Source: Octopus sinensis (lineage: Eukaryota). Taken from it: a stretch of DNA of 64,000 nt. The position numbers and the translations under genes were made by a program. The number at the start of each line of letters is the position of its first letter. The first letter of the stretch is position 1. The notes beneath the pieces are model-generated. The model was not told where the DNA came from, searched no databases, and worked only from the letters and a program-made list of their open reading frames with translations. The stretch spans positions 114,018,001-114,082,000 of the forward strand of contig NC_042999.1 in assembly GCF_006345805.1 (NCBI RefSeq), written 5' to 3'. Positions 13,259-25,004 of this stretch are shown here, in pieces.

Positions 13259-14451
13259 GTTTGATGAGTTTCTTTCTATTACTGAAACAAGCCCATGTGT
13301 AGTTTCTTCCATTGAGATACACTTGGGTACTGAGTGCTTCCACAAAGACCACAAAGATAAAGCCAAGTGCTATATACACTATTACAGCTACATACATCAA
13401 GAGTGGCATTTAAGCAAGTAAACAGTTCTTAGTATCCAATCAGAACTAAGAACTTCTCAAAAACACAACAGTTAAGCCAAGTAACTACATAAATGAATGA
13501 CTATTTTCCAGCAGAATGTTAGTCAAAGCTCCTAGCAACAAATCTAATCTTTATCTCAGAGAGAGGGAGATGGGTGGAGGAAGAGAGAAGCTAAAATGAA
13601 AGCTCTGAATTATAAAAACATTAGAATAACAGCTAAATGAGAGACACGGAGAAAATGATTGAGCAGCTAAGACAGCTGGAGAACTGCTGTAAGAAATGTT
13701 GTCAGAGTCCATAATAAAAGATAAATAGAAAAGTCAGTGTCAGTTACTACACAGATCAATACAGTTGACCAGCTAAAATAGCAGCTGACCAACAACAGAA
13801 AAAGCAGATGTTATTAACCTTAGTCAACTCTGACTGAGCAGACTTATGATCAAAGGCATTTCAATGGTGACTATCCTATTGGTTTGTACACTAGGGCCTA
13901 CTGTGTCACTGTCTCCAGCTATGTAAGATGATACATAGGACTATGATGATTTGAGATAAATTTGGCTGCTATTTCAACTACAGAAAGACTGCCCCACTGG
14001 CTTGGAAAAAGGGAGAATGCCTTCTTAGATTTTCTTTCCTAGTTCTTCTACAGTTAAAAACTCCACTAAACCTGAAAAAAAATTGTTTACAACTATTATG
14101 TTTGTATATTTATACTGGCCTTCATGTGTCATTCATAGAGATCATCGTCTCTGAACAGACCTATGATCAAAAACATTCCAGTAGCAACCATCCCACTCTC
14201 TCACTCTTGTAAGGATATGATTTAAGAGATCTTTTATTTTTTACTTGTTTCAGCCATTACGCTACGACCACGCTAGGACACTACCTTGAAGAATTTTTAG
14301 TCAAAAGTAGTATTATTTTTTAAAGGCTGGTACTTATTCTACTGGTCTCTTTTGCTGAACTGCTAAGTTATGGGGATGTAAACACCAGCACTGGTTGTCA
14401 AGTGGTGGTAGGGGGACAAACACAGACATAAAGACACACACACATATATAT

Positions 14452-14600
14452 ATGGTTGGCGTTAGGAAGGGCATCCAGCTGTAGAAACATTGCCAGATAA
14501 GACTAGAGCCTGGTGCAGCCTTCTGGCTTCCCAGATCCCCGGTCAAACCGTCCAACCCATGCTAGCATGGAGAACGGACGTTAAACGATGATGATGATGA
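14452..14600 (+). mobile_element. RTE 3' tail (family C), young
   Basis: ggttggcgttaggaagggcatccagctgtagaaac...ggacgttaaacgatgatgatgat with CpGs intact. Confidence 0.8.
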
Positions 14601-14603
14601 TAT

Positions 14604-14648
<45 letters not shown>

Positions 14649-14668
14649 ATATATATGTATATATATAA

Positions 14669-14706
<38 letters not shown>

Positions 14707-14707
<1 letters not shown>

Positions 14708-14842
14708 GGGTTTCTTTCAGTTTCTGTCTACCAAATCTACTTAAAAAAACCTTTGGTCAGCCAAGGCTATAGTAGAAGGTGCCTTGGGACTGAATCCATA
14801 ACCATGTTATTGGGAAGCAAGCTTCTTACCACACAACCATGG
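14707..14842 (-). mobile_element. SINE family A head
   Basis: Reverse complement of the family A head, internally deleted. Confidence 0.7.
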
Positions 14843-15648
14843 GGGAAGGAGATTTCAAGCCCACTGAATGACCACATAATGGTTCAGTCATTGGCTTAAT
14901 TTCAGGTGATGTTAAAGTGAAGTATCTTTTGACATTATCATTCCCAATTGAGTATTACTGTCCTTGAAAATTTATGTAAGTTCTGATGCTGTTGACCAAG
15001 ATCACTGGTTATAACAGCAATGTAGGTAACAGCTGCAGAACACGGAGAATTGAATGTTCTCAACTGGAATGCCCTTTGTTTGATTATCAGGGCTGACCTG
15101 AGAACTGTACACAACAACAACAGTTCCCTTCAGGTAAACGTGATTGATCGAAAGCATTCCAGCTGTGGTCCTCCCATCCATCATACTGTGTGTTGCAGTT
15201 GCTTCTATTGATGTTACTTCTTATACCAGTTGTCTAAGCAAATGTTTATTCTCTTAGTTACTATCATTATTATTCTTAAAGGCTCTTGTAATGTATACCA
15301 TCTCCATACAGTCTATGTGTGCGTGTGTGCGCACAAAGAAAATAATACAAGAAGTGAACCACTCATCTCTTTGTTTCTTACTGGGCTCAAAAACTGCTGT
15401 CATCACTACCACCTAAAAGAAACAAATGTATACCTCCATAAAAGAGTTCTTTTGGCTAATACTCAAATACATGTTTCTGCTCAATGTGAATAAGCCTTAA
15501 CCTTCTTACTAACACTTCAGGAATTATAAACACACACACACACACACTCACTCACATACATACATACATAGACAAAGACTACAAAGAAACCTCAGAAGAT
15601 AATCAATATACAATATATCCTTGGTTAGTAGCAACAACAGTACCATAT

Positions 15649-16265
15649 AGGTGCAGGCCTGGCTGTGTGGTTAGAAGTTTGTTTCCCAACCACATGGTTC
15701 CGAGTTCAGTCCCACTGCATGGCACCTTGGGTAAGTAAGTATCTTCTACTATAGTCTCAGGCTGGGCAAAGCCTTGAGAGTGGATTTGGGAGATGGAAAC
15801 TGAAAGAAGCCCATCATACATATATATATACACATATATGAGGTGTCCCAGAAGTCACATACCATTCAGGTTTTCATTAAAAATAATTTATTTTATTTTA
15901 TTCAATTTATTGCAGAGAGTGCTCAATATGAGCATTTGTTATGATTAATTTCAAGAAAGTGTTTTTGAAAACAATAAAGGTGTATTTTAAAAATAAAAAA
16001 ACCAGGATTGTGCATGACTTCTGGGACACCCTGTATATTTATATGTGCATGTGTGTGTGTCTTTCTGCATGTGTTTGTCCTTCACCACCACCTGACAACC
16101 GGTGTTGGTTTGTTTACGTCCATGTAACTTAGCAGTTCAGTAAAAGAGATTCATCGAATAAGTACCAGATTTTACAAAAGCAAAAAGTAGTAGGGTCGAT
16201 TCATTCGACTAAAATTCTTCAAAGTGTTGCTCCAGTATGACCACAGTCTAATGACTGAAACAAGA
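15649..16265 (+). mobile_element. SINE family A interrupted by a MITE
   Basis: Head 15649-15818 and tail about 16065-16265, with the MITE 15839-16033 in the microsatellite linker. Confidence 0.75.
15839..16033. mobile_element. Tc1/mariner-type MITE
   Basis: TIRs tgaggtgtcccagaagtca / tgacttctgggacaccctg flanked by TA. Confidence 0.8.
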
Positions 16266-16411
16266 TGTTGAAATGCATCAAGAGAGGCACAAGTGTGATT
16301 CTGTGGTAAGAAGGTTACTTCTCAACCACATGGTTCCAGGTTCACTGCTCGGTACCTGGGACATATCTACTATAGTATCAGACCAACCCAAACCTTGTGA
16401 GAGGATTTGTG

Positions 16412-16941
16412 CGTCATTATTCAGTTTTATTTCAAGATTTCTTGCCAACAGAAAAAGAGCTGGTTTCTAACCTAGATTCATTGGAATTTCAACATCAACA
16501 ACAGGGTACAGTTAGTTCTAAGAGATGAGGAATTATGTACATAATTTACATTTGAAGGATATTTGACCTCATCTTGTTTGTTGTTATATCAAGAAGGGTA
16601 GAATCTCTACAATGAAATTAACAGTGAATTTAAACAAACCTGCCTACGCACTCACAAGAAATATTCCAGTTTTCTTACTGAAGCATAAACAGAAGCATTA
16701 ACCACTACACCATATGGTGTAGTGGTTAAGAACACGGGCTACTAACCCCAAGATTCCAAGTTCGATTCCAAGCAGTGACCTGAACAATAACAATAATAAT
16801 ATCGAAAATACCTTAGGAATGAGAACCCAGGTTTGAAATTTCCCCCAAGACACCTGAAGAAGGCTGGAGAATATATCAGCTGAAACGTTGTGTTAACAAC
16901 AAACAAGATGAGGACAAATATCCATTCTAATGTAAATAATG
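16412..16941. mobile_element. Head-to-head pair of a tRNA-headed, hammerhead-containing retroelement (Penelope-like terminus)
   Basis: Right arm 16714-16941: A box tggtgtagtgg, B box gttcgattcc, (AAT) run, hammerhead core, then tail. Left arm is the inverted tail (16543-16586 matches about 16893-16937) plus the inverted head, meeting at the 32-bp palindrome 16698-16729. Confidence 0.75.
16849..16894 (+). ncRNA. Minimal type I hammerhead ribozyme
   Basis: GACAC-CUGAAGA-A-GGCUG(10-nt loop)CAGCU-GAAAC-GUU-GUGUU. Stem I is GACAC/GUGUU, stem II is GGCUG/CAGCU, the AACGUU stem III is palindromic, and the NUH triplet is GUU. Confidence 0.75.
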
Positions 16942-17061
16942 AACAACAGGGTATGCATATATGTATGGGTGTATGCATGCATTCAGAATTCAAACTCAGA
17001 ACATAGCAACAGGTGACAATTCTACCAGCTCACCACCTTTATAATAGTAATAATAATAATC

Positions 17062-17272
17062 TTTTCTGCTATAGGCACAAGGCTTGAAATTTCAGGAGAG
17101 AATGAGTAGTCGATTACTGACCCCAGTACTCAACTGGTACTTATTTTATCGACCCCAAAAGGATGAAAGGTAAAGTCAACCTTGACGGAATTTGAACTCA
17201 GGACACAGCATGAGGTGAAATACTGCCGAGCATTTCACCTGGTGTGCTAACGATTCTGCCAGCTCACCACCT
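17062..17272 (-). mobile_element. SINE family B copy
   Basis: gaccccagtactcaactggtacttattttatcgaccccaaaaggatgaaagg...ctgccagctcacc. Confidence 0.85.
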
Positions 17273-17892
17273 TTATCATAACAATAATAATAACGCAGTC
17301 CAATAATCAATAGTTCAATAATTTAACATCACATATAAACAAAGAATTGACTATTGCATATTTTTGGTATTGAAAGGGGGGGGGGAATCATGGTAGAAGA
17401 AGATGAAATTTTCAAGCTAATTCCAGTATGTTTCAGTGAAGAACCTCTTTTGACTATCCACAGGAAAATTTCTCAAACACTTTGCAACCATATTTCTAAT
17501 GATATACACTGCCTGTGTGTGTGATTCAAGTAGTTTGGAGGGAAAGCAAATATCAAGTATTTGAATGGGTTTAGTAAATAATCTACTTTTTGTTATTGAG
17601 ATGGTGTTTAGAACATAAATGGCTCTTCCATAAAACTAGTGGAATATTTATATGTGAACGTTTTAAATGTATGGTAGGTAGAACAGGAGATGATCTTTGG
17701 TAGGCTGGTATCATAAAACTAACACTCAGCCACTGATGTATGTTTTCTTCAAGGAAAAAGGAGCAGATAATAAAGATGTTTTTATTCTAGGTCATTTTGG
17801 GCTCTGAAACTGTGTACATCTTTGAACCAATGTTCTGCTGACCTCACAATAAGCAAACTAGTAAAACAGAGTGCATCATCATAAAGAAGAAT

Positions 17893-19150
17893 ATCATCAG
17901 AAAATAAAGTGAAGGAGGGAGGGGAAGAAATGAAAGGGGAAGAAATAGGAAGTAAAAAGAGAAAAGGAAGCGAAAAATGAAGAGATGGAAGAAAAAGTAA
18001 GAAAATGAGTAAAAGTAGAGAGATGAGAAATAGAGAGGGAGATGGAAGGGGAAAGAGACAAAGAGGACGGATAAGTGAGAAAGAGAAACAAAGGAAAATA
18101 GTTGGGGGGAGGAGGAAGAGAAACAAACAAAAAGATTGAAAGACAAAGGAAGTTACAGTGAGAGTAAGAAAGAGAGAGAGACAGATGAAGAAAATGTGGA
18201 GAGACAAAAAGAAAAAAAGTAAAAAAAAAGGTAACAAAGATAAGTGGAAAGAAAGGGGGAGACAAAAAAGGGGGGGGTGACCGAAAGTGATAGACAAAGA
18301 AAAAGAGAAATAGGCTGCAGAAACAAAGAGAGAGACGAAAAAGAAAGAAAGCAAGACAGAATGAATGAGAGACAGGGAGACAATGAGATAGAGAGCACAA
18401 GAGAAAGGGAGAGAGCAAAACAAAAGAGAGAAATAAAGAAACAAAACAAAGAAAAAAGAGCAAGACAAGAAGAGAGAGAGCGAGTAAGACAGAGGAAGAG
18501 AGAGAGAGAGAGAAAGACAGAGGAAGAGAGAGCGAGGCAGAGGAAGAGAGAGCGAGGCAGAGGAAGAGAGCGAGCAAGACAGAGGAAGAGAGCGAGCAAG
18601 ACAGAGGAAGAGAGCGAGCAAGACAGAGGAAGAGAGAGAGAGAAAGACAGAGGAAGAGAGAGAGCGAGGCAGAGGAAGAGAGCGAGCGAGGCAGAGGAAG
18701 AGAGCGAGCAAGACAGAGGAAGAGAGAAAGACAGAGGGAGAGAGAGAGAGAGAGAGAGACAAAGAAAGAAGAGACGGAGAAAGAGGAGACGGAGAGAGAG
18801 AGGAAGACGAAGAAAGAGAGGAAGACGAAGAAAGAGAGGAAGACGAAGAAAGAGAGGAAGACGAAGAAAGAGAAAGAGTGAGACAAAGAAACAGAGCAAG
18901 AAGAATACAAAGAGGGAGCGATACAAAGGGAGATGGATAAAGAAAGACAAAGAGAGAGAAAAAAAAGAGATCTAACGAGGAATAGAGAAAGGAAATAAAG
19001 AAGTGGTGGAGTGAAAGACATGAAAGACTGGGAAGAGACAAGAAAAGGAAGAGGAGAGAAAAGAACAAAGAAAAATACATATAAAGAATTAGAAAGATAG
19101 AGAAATAAGAAAAAATATAGCGAAAAAGCAAGAAAATGAGAGCAACAGAG
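17893..19150 (+). repeat. About 1.25-kb polypurine (GA-rich) tract with internal minisatellites
   Basis: Almost entirely A/G on the plus strand. gaggaagacgaagaaaga occurs x4 exactly (18800-18871), and 20-24-nt gcaagacagaggaagaga(ga)/gcgaggcagaggaagaga units run about 18480-18730. Confidence 0.9.
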
Positions 19151-19266
19151 AAAAGATTGAGTAGCCCTTTTGGTAAAAAAACGTTTTAGTTATAACCAGC
19201 CCGTCTTTTTGGTATATCTACGACTACATTTATCCATGTTGTGCTTCTCTCTTGGTTTTCTATATT

Positions 19267-19317
<51 letters not shown>

Positions 19318-22136
19318 GTTGTGAATTGAGCGAACATAGCTGCTACTTCTACCAGGCCAAGCGAATGCGTAGAGATTCCCTCATTACGAGAAAAAAGGTT
19401 GAAGAGGAGAAAAAAAAGAGAAAGAGAGAGATGGAGAGAGAAAATGTGCAAGAAAATAAACAGAGAAAGCGAAAGAAAAAACAAATGAAGAGAGAGAGAG
19501 AGAATGTGTGTGAATGAGTGGGCAAAAAGGACTATTCTCTATATGTATCTATAAATAGGCGAGAGAGAAGGAGAATATGCGTGCGCGCGCAGGCGAGTGA
19601 GACAAAGAGATACTCTCTTTAGATGTGTCTATAAATAGGGGTTGAATGAGAGGAGCAGATAGAGAAAGAGAGCGGTAGGTAGAGAGAGACAGCAATCGGT
19701 TGCTATCGTATTAAAGATTCTGGCAATAGAAACAGCAGCAAACGAGAATTGAACGTAATTCCCATTCCATAAACATTCGTCTGTTGATCACAGATTTTGC
19801 AGACAGCCCGAGATTGTCTTCGTTAAAAAAAAAAAATGTTGCAAACTCATTGACATGATATTTTGCCTTGATGAATGAATGACACGGTATGAAATCTTCT
19901 GACATATAACAGTTAAATATCAACGCAATCTCAAGTCCATGAACCTGCGTTCTGTTCGTCTTTGATGCACCAAAATCGCAAGAGAAAAATGTCTTTCATT
20001 GGGTGTATATTTTAATCCAAATATAAACCCCTCAAGCACACACACACACACCTGCAGAAATTCCAGCGGTCTGTATTCATAATAGCAGGATGGATTGAGA
20101 CATTTATAACATAACGTTATGTTATCTACAGACAGATTTGAACTCACGACTCATGAGGTAGTAAAGAACCCTCGAGATTCGTAGTTATGCGAGCAGTTGT
20201 GGGAAAGGGTCGCACTGGTGGTGAAAAAGAACGGCAACTAGTGGGACAGATGTGCTAAATGCTAAATTCAATGTTAAATTTGACTAGCAACTAAAGTTTA
20301 TGAATATACTCCCACTAATACATACATTCCACAGAAGGGGTGAAATTTATTGTACTAACATACATATTCCTCGATTTTTTAGACATCTGACCCACAAACT
20401 CGTTTGACCAGATCTCTGCAGACACTACAGCGCAGTATAATCGATTACCTCTAACTATAATATTGAATTCTAACATAGGCACAAGACCACACATAATTTT
20501 TTAGGATGAGCGTAGTCGATTAAATTGACCGAGTGCTTGACTGATATGATTTTTTTTTATTGATCCCGGGTGGATGAAAGAGTGGCCTCGGTGAATTTTG
20601 AACTGAAAATGTTAAAGATCATAACGGAATATAGCAAGACATTTCGTCCGAAGCTTTAGCGATTCCACCCACCCAAGCCCTAGAAAAATAAAATCAGAGA
20701 CCCTGCAGGAATCGGGAAATCTGTAAGCTGCATCCCGGACACTGCATTACCGATTACAAAGTATAGTTGTTGCTTTATATCATCATAAAAACAAAACGGC
20801 TGTTGAGTCGTGAGCTCCAATCGGCTGCAAATATTTGGTTGCGTTTCCGAAAAGTTTTAACCCTGCATCGCCACAATACACCAAGCAGGTCAAATTAGAT
20901 ATTAATTTTTCTTCTAGGGAAACTCACTCGCAAAAATTCTAGCGTCCTGACCAATAAACGATTAAACTTTTATCGGGTTAATTGCCATCAACACGGAAGA
21001 CGTCCATCGACTGTGTGTGCTATTTTTAAGGGAGGATCGATTTATTTCTACCATTCTGAAAGAATGAAAGAAAGCTATATAACTGTGAGATATCAAACTT
21101 ACTATTATAATATGTCTAGTTTGGTTATCAGTCGAAAAGCTGGAACAAGGGAGTTTCATAGCCTACAACCATTGCATATCACTGGTGAGGGAGGGAGCAT
21201 TATGAAATCGACAAGTGACTCCCAAGCTCTCGGAGCCGAAAACTATTCTCTTTCGCACGTGAAAATAGCTTAGATAAGGAATAAATTACTCGGGGAAACA
21301 CTATGCGGGGACAAAGTCTTCAGTGGTTATAAAAACTCGTTCAACAAGTCACCCCTAATAAACTTAGGGGTGACTCGTTGAATGGCGTCGATGTACAAAA
21401 ACAATGATCAACTATTCAAAAAAGATCAGCCATGACCCTTAATTTTTTCATGTTTTTATGTTACTTTCTCGAACCCTTGGTTGTTGTTTAGTCCCAGACC
21501 AGCCCTGATAGTGCAAATGTGTAATCAAAGGACATTCCCGCCATGACTAGACCGGATTTTCTTTTGGAATAGTATGTTTAAAAAAAACACTAAAATAATA
21601 AAATGAAAGGAGGGGGGTGATGCTACCCTCACATTTGCTACAACAAATTGTGGATCCATTTTTTTCCATAGATATTTCTTCTCGATGCGAAAGCAAATTT
21701 TTTTTTTACTTCCATCTACGTTTATCGGTCGTGTGAGTGTACATGTACGTGTATCTTAGTGTATTTGTCATTACCAAGGTGCAAACAAACGCAGCAGCAG
21801 TAGTAGTAGTAGATAAAAATATTTTCTATCAGTCGAAAGCCATTAGTTTCATTAAAAAGAAAGGGATTAATTACTAAGAGAGATCAGATACATGAAAAGT
21901 GTCTGACGTAGAATGTGTATATGAGAGTGAGAGTGAAGGAGAAGGTAAAAGAGAGGGGGAGTATACGTGAGGGAAAAAAGAAGGAAGTGTATCTATGAAA
22001 AGAGAGCGGGTGTATTAAGAGAAGGAAGATCGTGAATGAAAGGGGTATAGGGAATAGATACATCTTCGATTATTTAACCTATTATGCGATGGTTATAGAA
22101 TTTCCAAGGATAACAAAACAATGGTAGTAAAACAGA

Positions 22137-22178
<42 letters not shown>

Positions 22179-22407
22179 AACACAGAAATTTAAAGCAATA
22201 AATAAATTTTGCATTAAAAATATGGGGGGAAAAAATACACGGCGTGATGGAACTGATCTCTTGTCCGAAATGCTACACGCAAATTCTGAGACAGTGGCAA
22301 ATTACACACACACACACACTATGGAGTAAGCTAAGGTTTTTGTTTCCAAGATACAAGCTTCCGTAAAATAAAGAAACTAGCAGCAGCAATAATTTCGTTT
22401 CGTGTAG

Positions 22408-22433
22408 TGGCAGACGCCGTCGTAGAACAAGAG
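22408..22433 (+). other. Candidate short exon or first-exon end
   Basis: tttcgtttcgtgtag|TGGCAGACGCCGTCGTAGAACAAGAG|gtatga, inside the CpG zone. Confidence 0.3.
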
Positions 22434-22831
22434 GTATGATCCCAGCAAGGCGAATTAGCGATACAGTTTCAATTCTTGGTTGAAGCTAATTTATTTTAAA
22501 TTTTTCGTTTTACTCCCATACAATGGCAGCAATGCTCTGCGGAGAAACACATGGAAGGTTTTTAATCAAAATAAAACTATAATTTCTTTCGACTTAGTAT
22601 AGATGCAGTTTTGTAGATGACGACTATATAGAAGAGTGAATCGATTCCGATTATCCAAGCAAGATGGTTTGGGTTATTTTATTTTTATTCGGTGTTTTTG
22701 GTATTTTTTTCCTGTGATTTACACTAATATTTTATTTTTGTTGAACTTATACGCATGAATGTAAAAGAATGTGTATGTGTGTGAGGGAGAGAGAGAGCAG
22801 AATGAGATAACGTGATGTTCATGCCATTTTA

Positions 22832-22962
22832 TTAGGTATTGAATTTATATGCAGCATGAAGAAAGTGGTTCCAACTGAGCGAAACCAGGTCGTAGACTGC
22901 TGTTGCTATTATTAGAAATTGTAATACGGAAACTGTTATTATGCATAAAGAAGCCATTGTTA
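22832..22962 (-). CDS. Candidate terminal exon or small hydrophobic ORF
   Basis: Long pyrimidine tract ending ccaacgtag. The frame TMASLCIITVSVLQFLIIATAVYDLVSLSWNHFLHAAYKFNT* ends at a stop overlapping AATAAA. Confidence 0.25.
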
Positions 22963-23123
22963 CTACGTTGGGGGAAGTGATGGAGACGCGTACAAAGAGA
23001 AACAAGTGTGAATGCATTGCAAGTAGATATATTTAGCTCGGTACCTCGCAACTTCGGGTTTCAATCCTGTCTGAGTAATTTGCAATAATAGCACTTGCTC
23101 TCTCTCTTTCTCACACACACACA

Positions 23124-23289
23124 TAGTAGCATAGCTAACGGGGGCGGGGCGCCCCGGGTGACGGTTTTTCCTTTGGTGGGTGAGGGGTAATCTATGCTTT
23201 ATTATATAAGCCTATAGAGGTTCAAGTCCTAGGTGGGGACGCAAACTCATGGGCTTCACCAAGCGGCACACTCTCTAGCTATGCCACGG
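23124..23289. mobile_element. GC-rich MITE
   Basis: Inverted ends tagtagcatagcta / tagctatgccacgg. Confidence 0.55.
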
Positions 23290-24589
23290 ACGGGGACACA
23301 ACACACACACACGGCAAGAAGGCGAATAGCTACTTGCATTATTTCAGTATATCACAATATATCATTAAGTAAATCGGACCGACGGTAAAATTAAATCATG
23401 CCAAGTGGGAAATGAAACACCTTAAAGCATATATGTCACTTTCTTCCTATCAATATTGACCATAGGCACAAGGACAAAAATCTTAGGACTCGATTAAATT
23501 GGGCCAGTGCTCAACTGGTATTTTTACTCTGAAATTGCCTTAAGGGACATAGTTACGTTATGCATTCAAATCCTGCCGGGGTCGACCAACTTCATATCCT
23601 TCAGAGTTTGATTAAAAATAAAATAAAGTACCAGTCAAATATTGGAATCAAATACACCAACTGTACCATTCCTCCAAATTCGAAGCCTTGAACCCATGCT
23701 AAAAATCAATTTTGCCAATAACGATGTTCGCTTGTGCTTCATTGACACAAGCATCTAAATTCGAATCGATGCCAAAACATGCCTGATTATTATTTATTTT
23801 ACCAACTCCGAGTGAGATCTGAGTTTCAAACCAAATTTGGTTCGGTGCCCTGCCACTCCCGTGCTTTTCAATTATAATGATTCTTTACAAGAGCAAAATT
23901 ATACCTGATTTTCAAATACAGTAAACCAGGAAATTGAGACCTTCGTGCTTATTATTATTATTTATTTATTTATTTATTTTTCGAAAACATAAGTAAAAAA
24001 AAAGCAAAATGTCACAAGCTGAAATCGAAATCATGCCGCAAAATGGGCTACTAACTACCAACACCACCACCACCGTCACTAACGCGTTGTTTAATTTCGT
24101 CCAAAGTTAACCATAATAAACTAAGCCTGGTGTAAGTCTAGTAAACAGAATCGCCGAAAAAAATCGAAGACACCTCCAATAGAATTTTAGCCAGAAATTG
24201 TGTGGCACAATTCTCTATAGAAACGTCAACGAAGTAATGATTTGGTCAAAGCCAAAATTTTGGTGTGGGGAGTTGGGAGAATAGTCAATTATATCTACTC
24301 CAGTACTTTTGCTTATCGGCTGCAGTGAAATCCAAAAGAATTTGAATGAGTCATCGAAGAATCACAACACAAATCTAATGCTTTGTGTTGTTTATCCAAG
24401 AGTCGGCCCTGAGCAAGTAGGCTCATAAGCGAAGACGTTCCGACCGTAAGCAGTCTTCTTTTACTTTTATTGAGACTATCTAGGAGGCTACATAAACCAA
24501 TATATCCTTGTAGTATGCGATGAGTGGTATTTGGCGGCTATCTCGAACTCGTAACGTGAACCCCGTGGAGATTTCGTCGTTGGCCGCAG

Positions 24590-24740
24590 TAAATAATGTA
24601 CCCTTCTGTCTCACTCGCTTCTCCACCTCTTGGCATCCTAAGTGCATCCATCCACCTTTTCCCGGTATTAACCACCATGTTCAATCCTTCATTCTCAGAA
24701 CATTGGCCCTCAGGAATCTCCCTGCTTATGTCTACTCCTC
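24590..24740 (+). mobile_element. LINE ORF2 extreme C-terminal remnant (CR1/Jockey-like)
   Basis: HPKCIHPPFPGINHHVQSFILRTLALRNLPAYVY resembles the conserved HP..V...R.N....SF.PR...LWN.LP terminus. Confidence 0.5.
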
Positions 24741-24775
24741 ACACACACACACCTGCAAGTGTTGACCTGTAACAG

Positions 24776-24891
24776 TTAAAACGGAACATTAATATCACCG
24801 AGCTTAACTAGTCTCAGAGGAACTGCAAGAGTCACAGGATTGTCCCTTCCTCCAGACTCAGTCAACCTAATTTCAAGTAACAAGAGCTCAG
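24776..24891 (-). CDS. Candidate exon
   Basis: ggtcctttttcgtcacgcag acceptor; phase-1 frame ELLLLEIRLTESGGRDNPVTLAVPLRLVKLGDINVPF*. No homology recognised. Confidence 0.2.
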
Positions 24892-25004
24892 CTGCGTGAC
24901 GAAAAAGGACCTTGTGAAATTTCTTACAATCACCAAATTTTCTATACTTGACACATTGAGAAATAATGAAAAGTTTTATTAACAAAACTAATAATTTTCT
25001 TTTT

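Noticed and set aside
8271-13409. Hydrophobic minus-strand exon candidates (8271-8311, 9411-9495, about 11.8-11.9 kb, about 12.2 kb, 13.27-13.41 kb) as a multi-pass membrane protein
   Set aside because: T-rich strands translate to F/L/I/V by chance. The phases did not chain without stops or weak acceptors, and no family motif was found.
16714-16780. SINE heads as tRNA genes (also families A, B and D)
   Set aside because: A and B boxes are present but there is no complete cloverleaf or acceptor stem, and each head continues into repeat body.
17782-19131. 449-aa and 374-aa minus ORFs and the 243-aa R/E/K-rich plus ORF
   Set aside because: These are translations of the purine tract; open frames follow from the lack of stop codons in low-complexity sequence.
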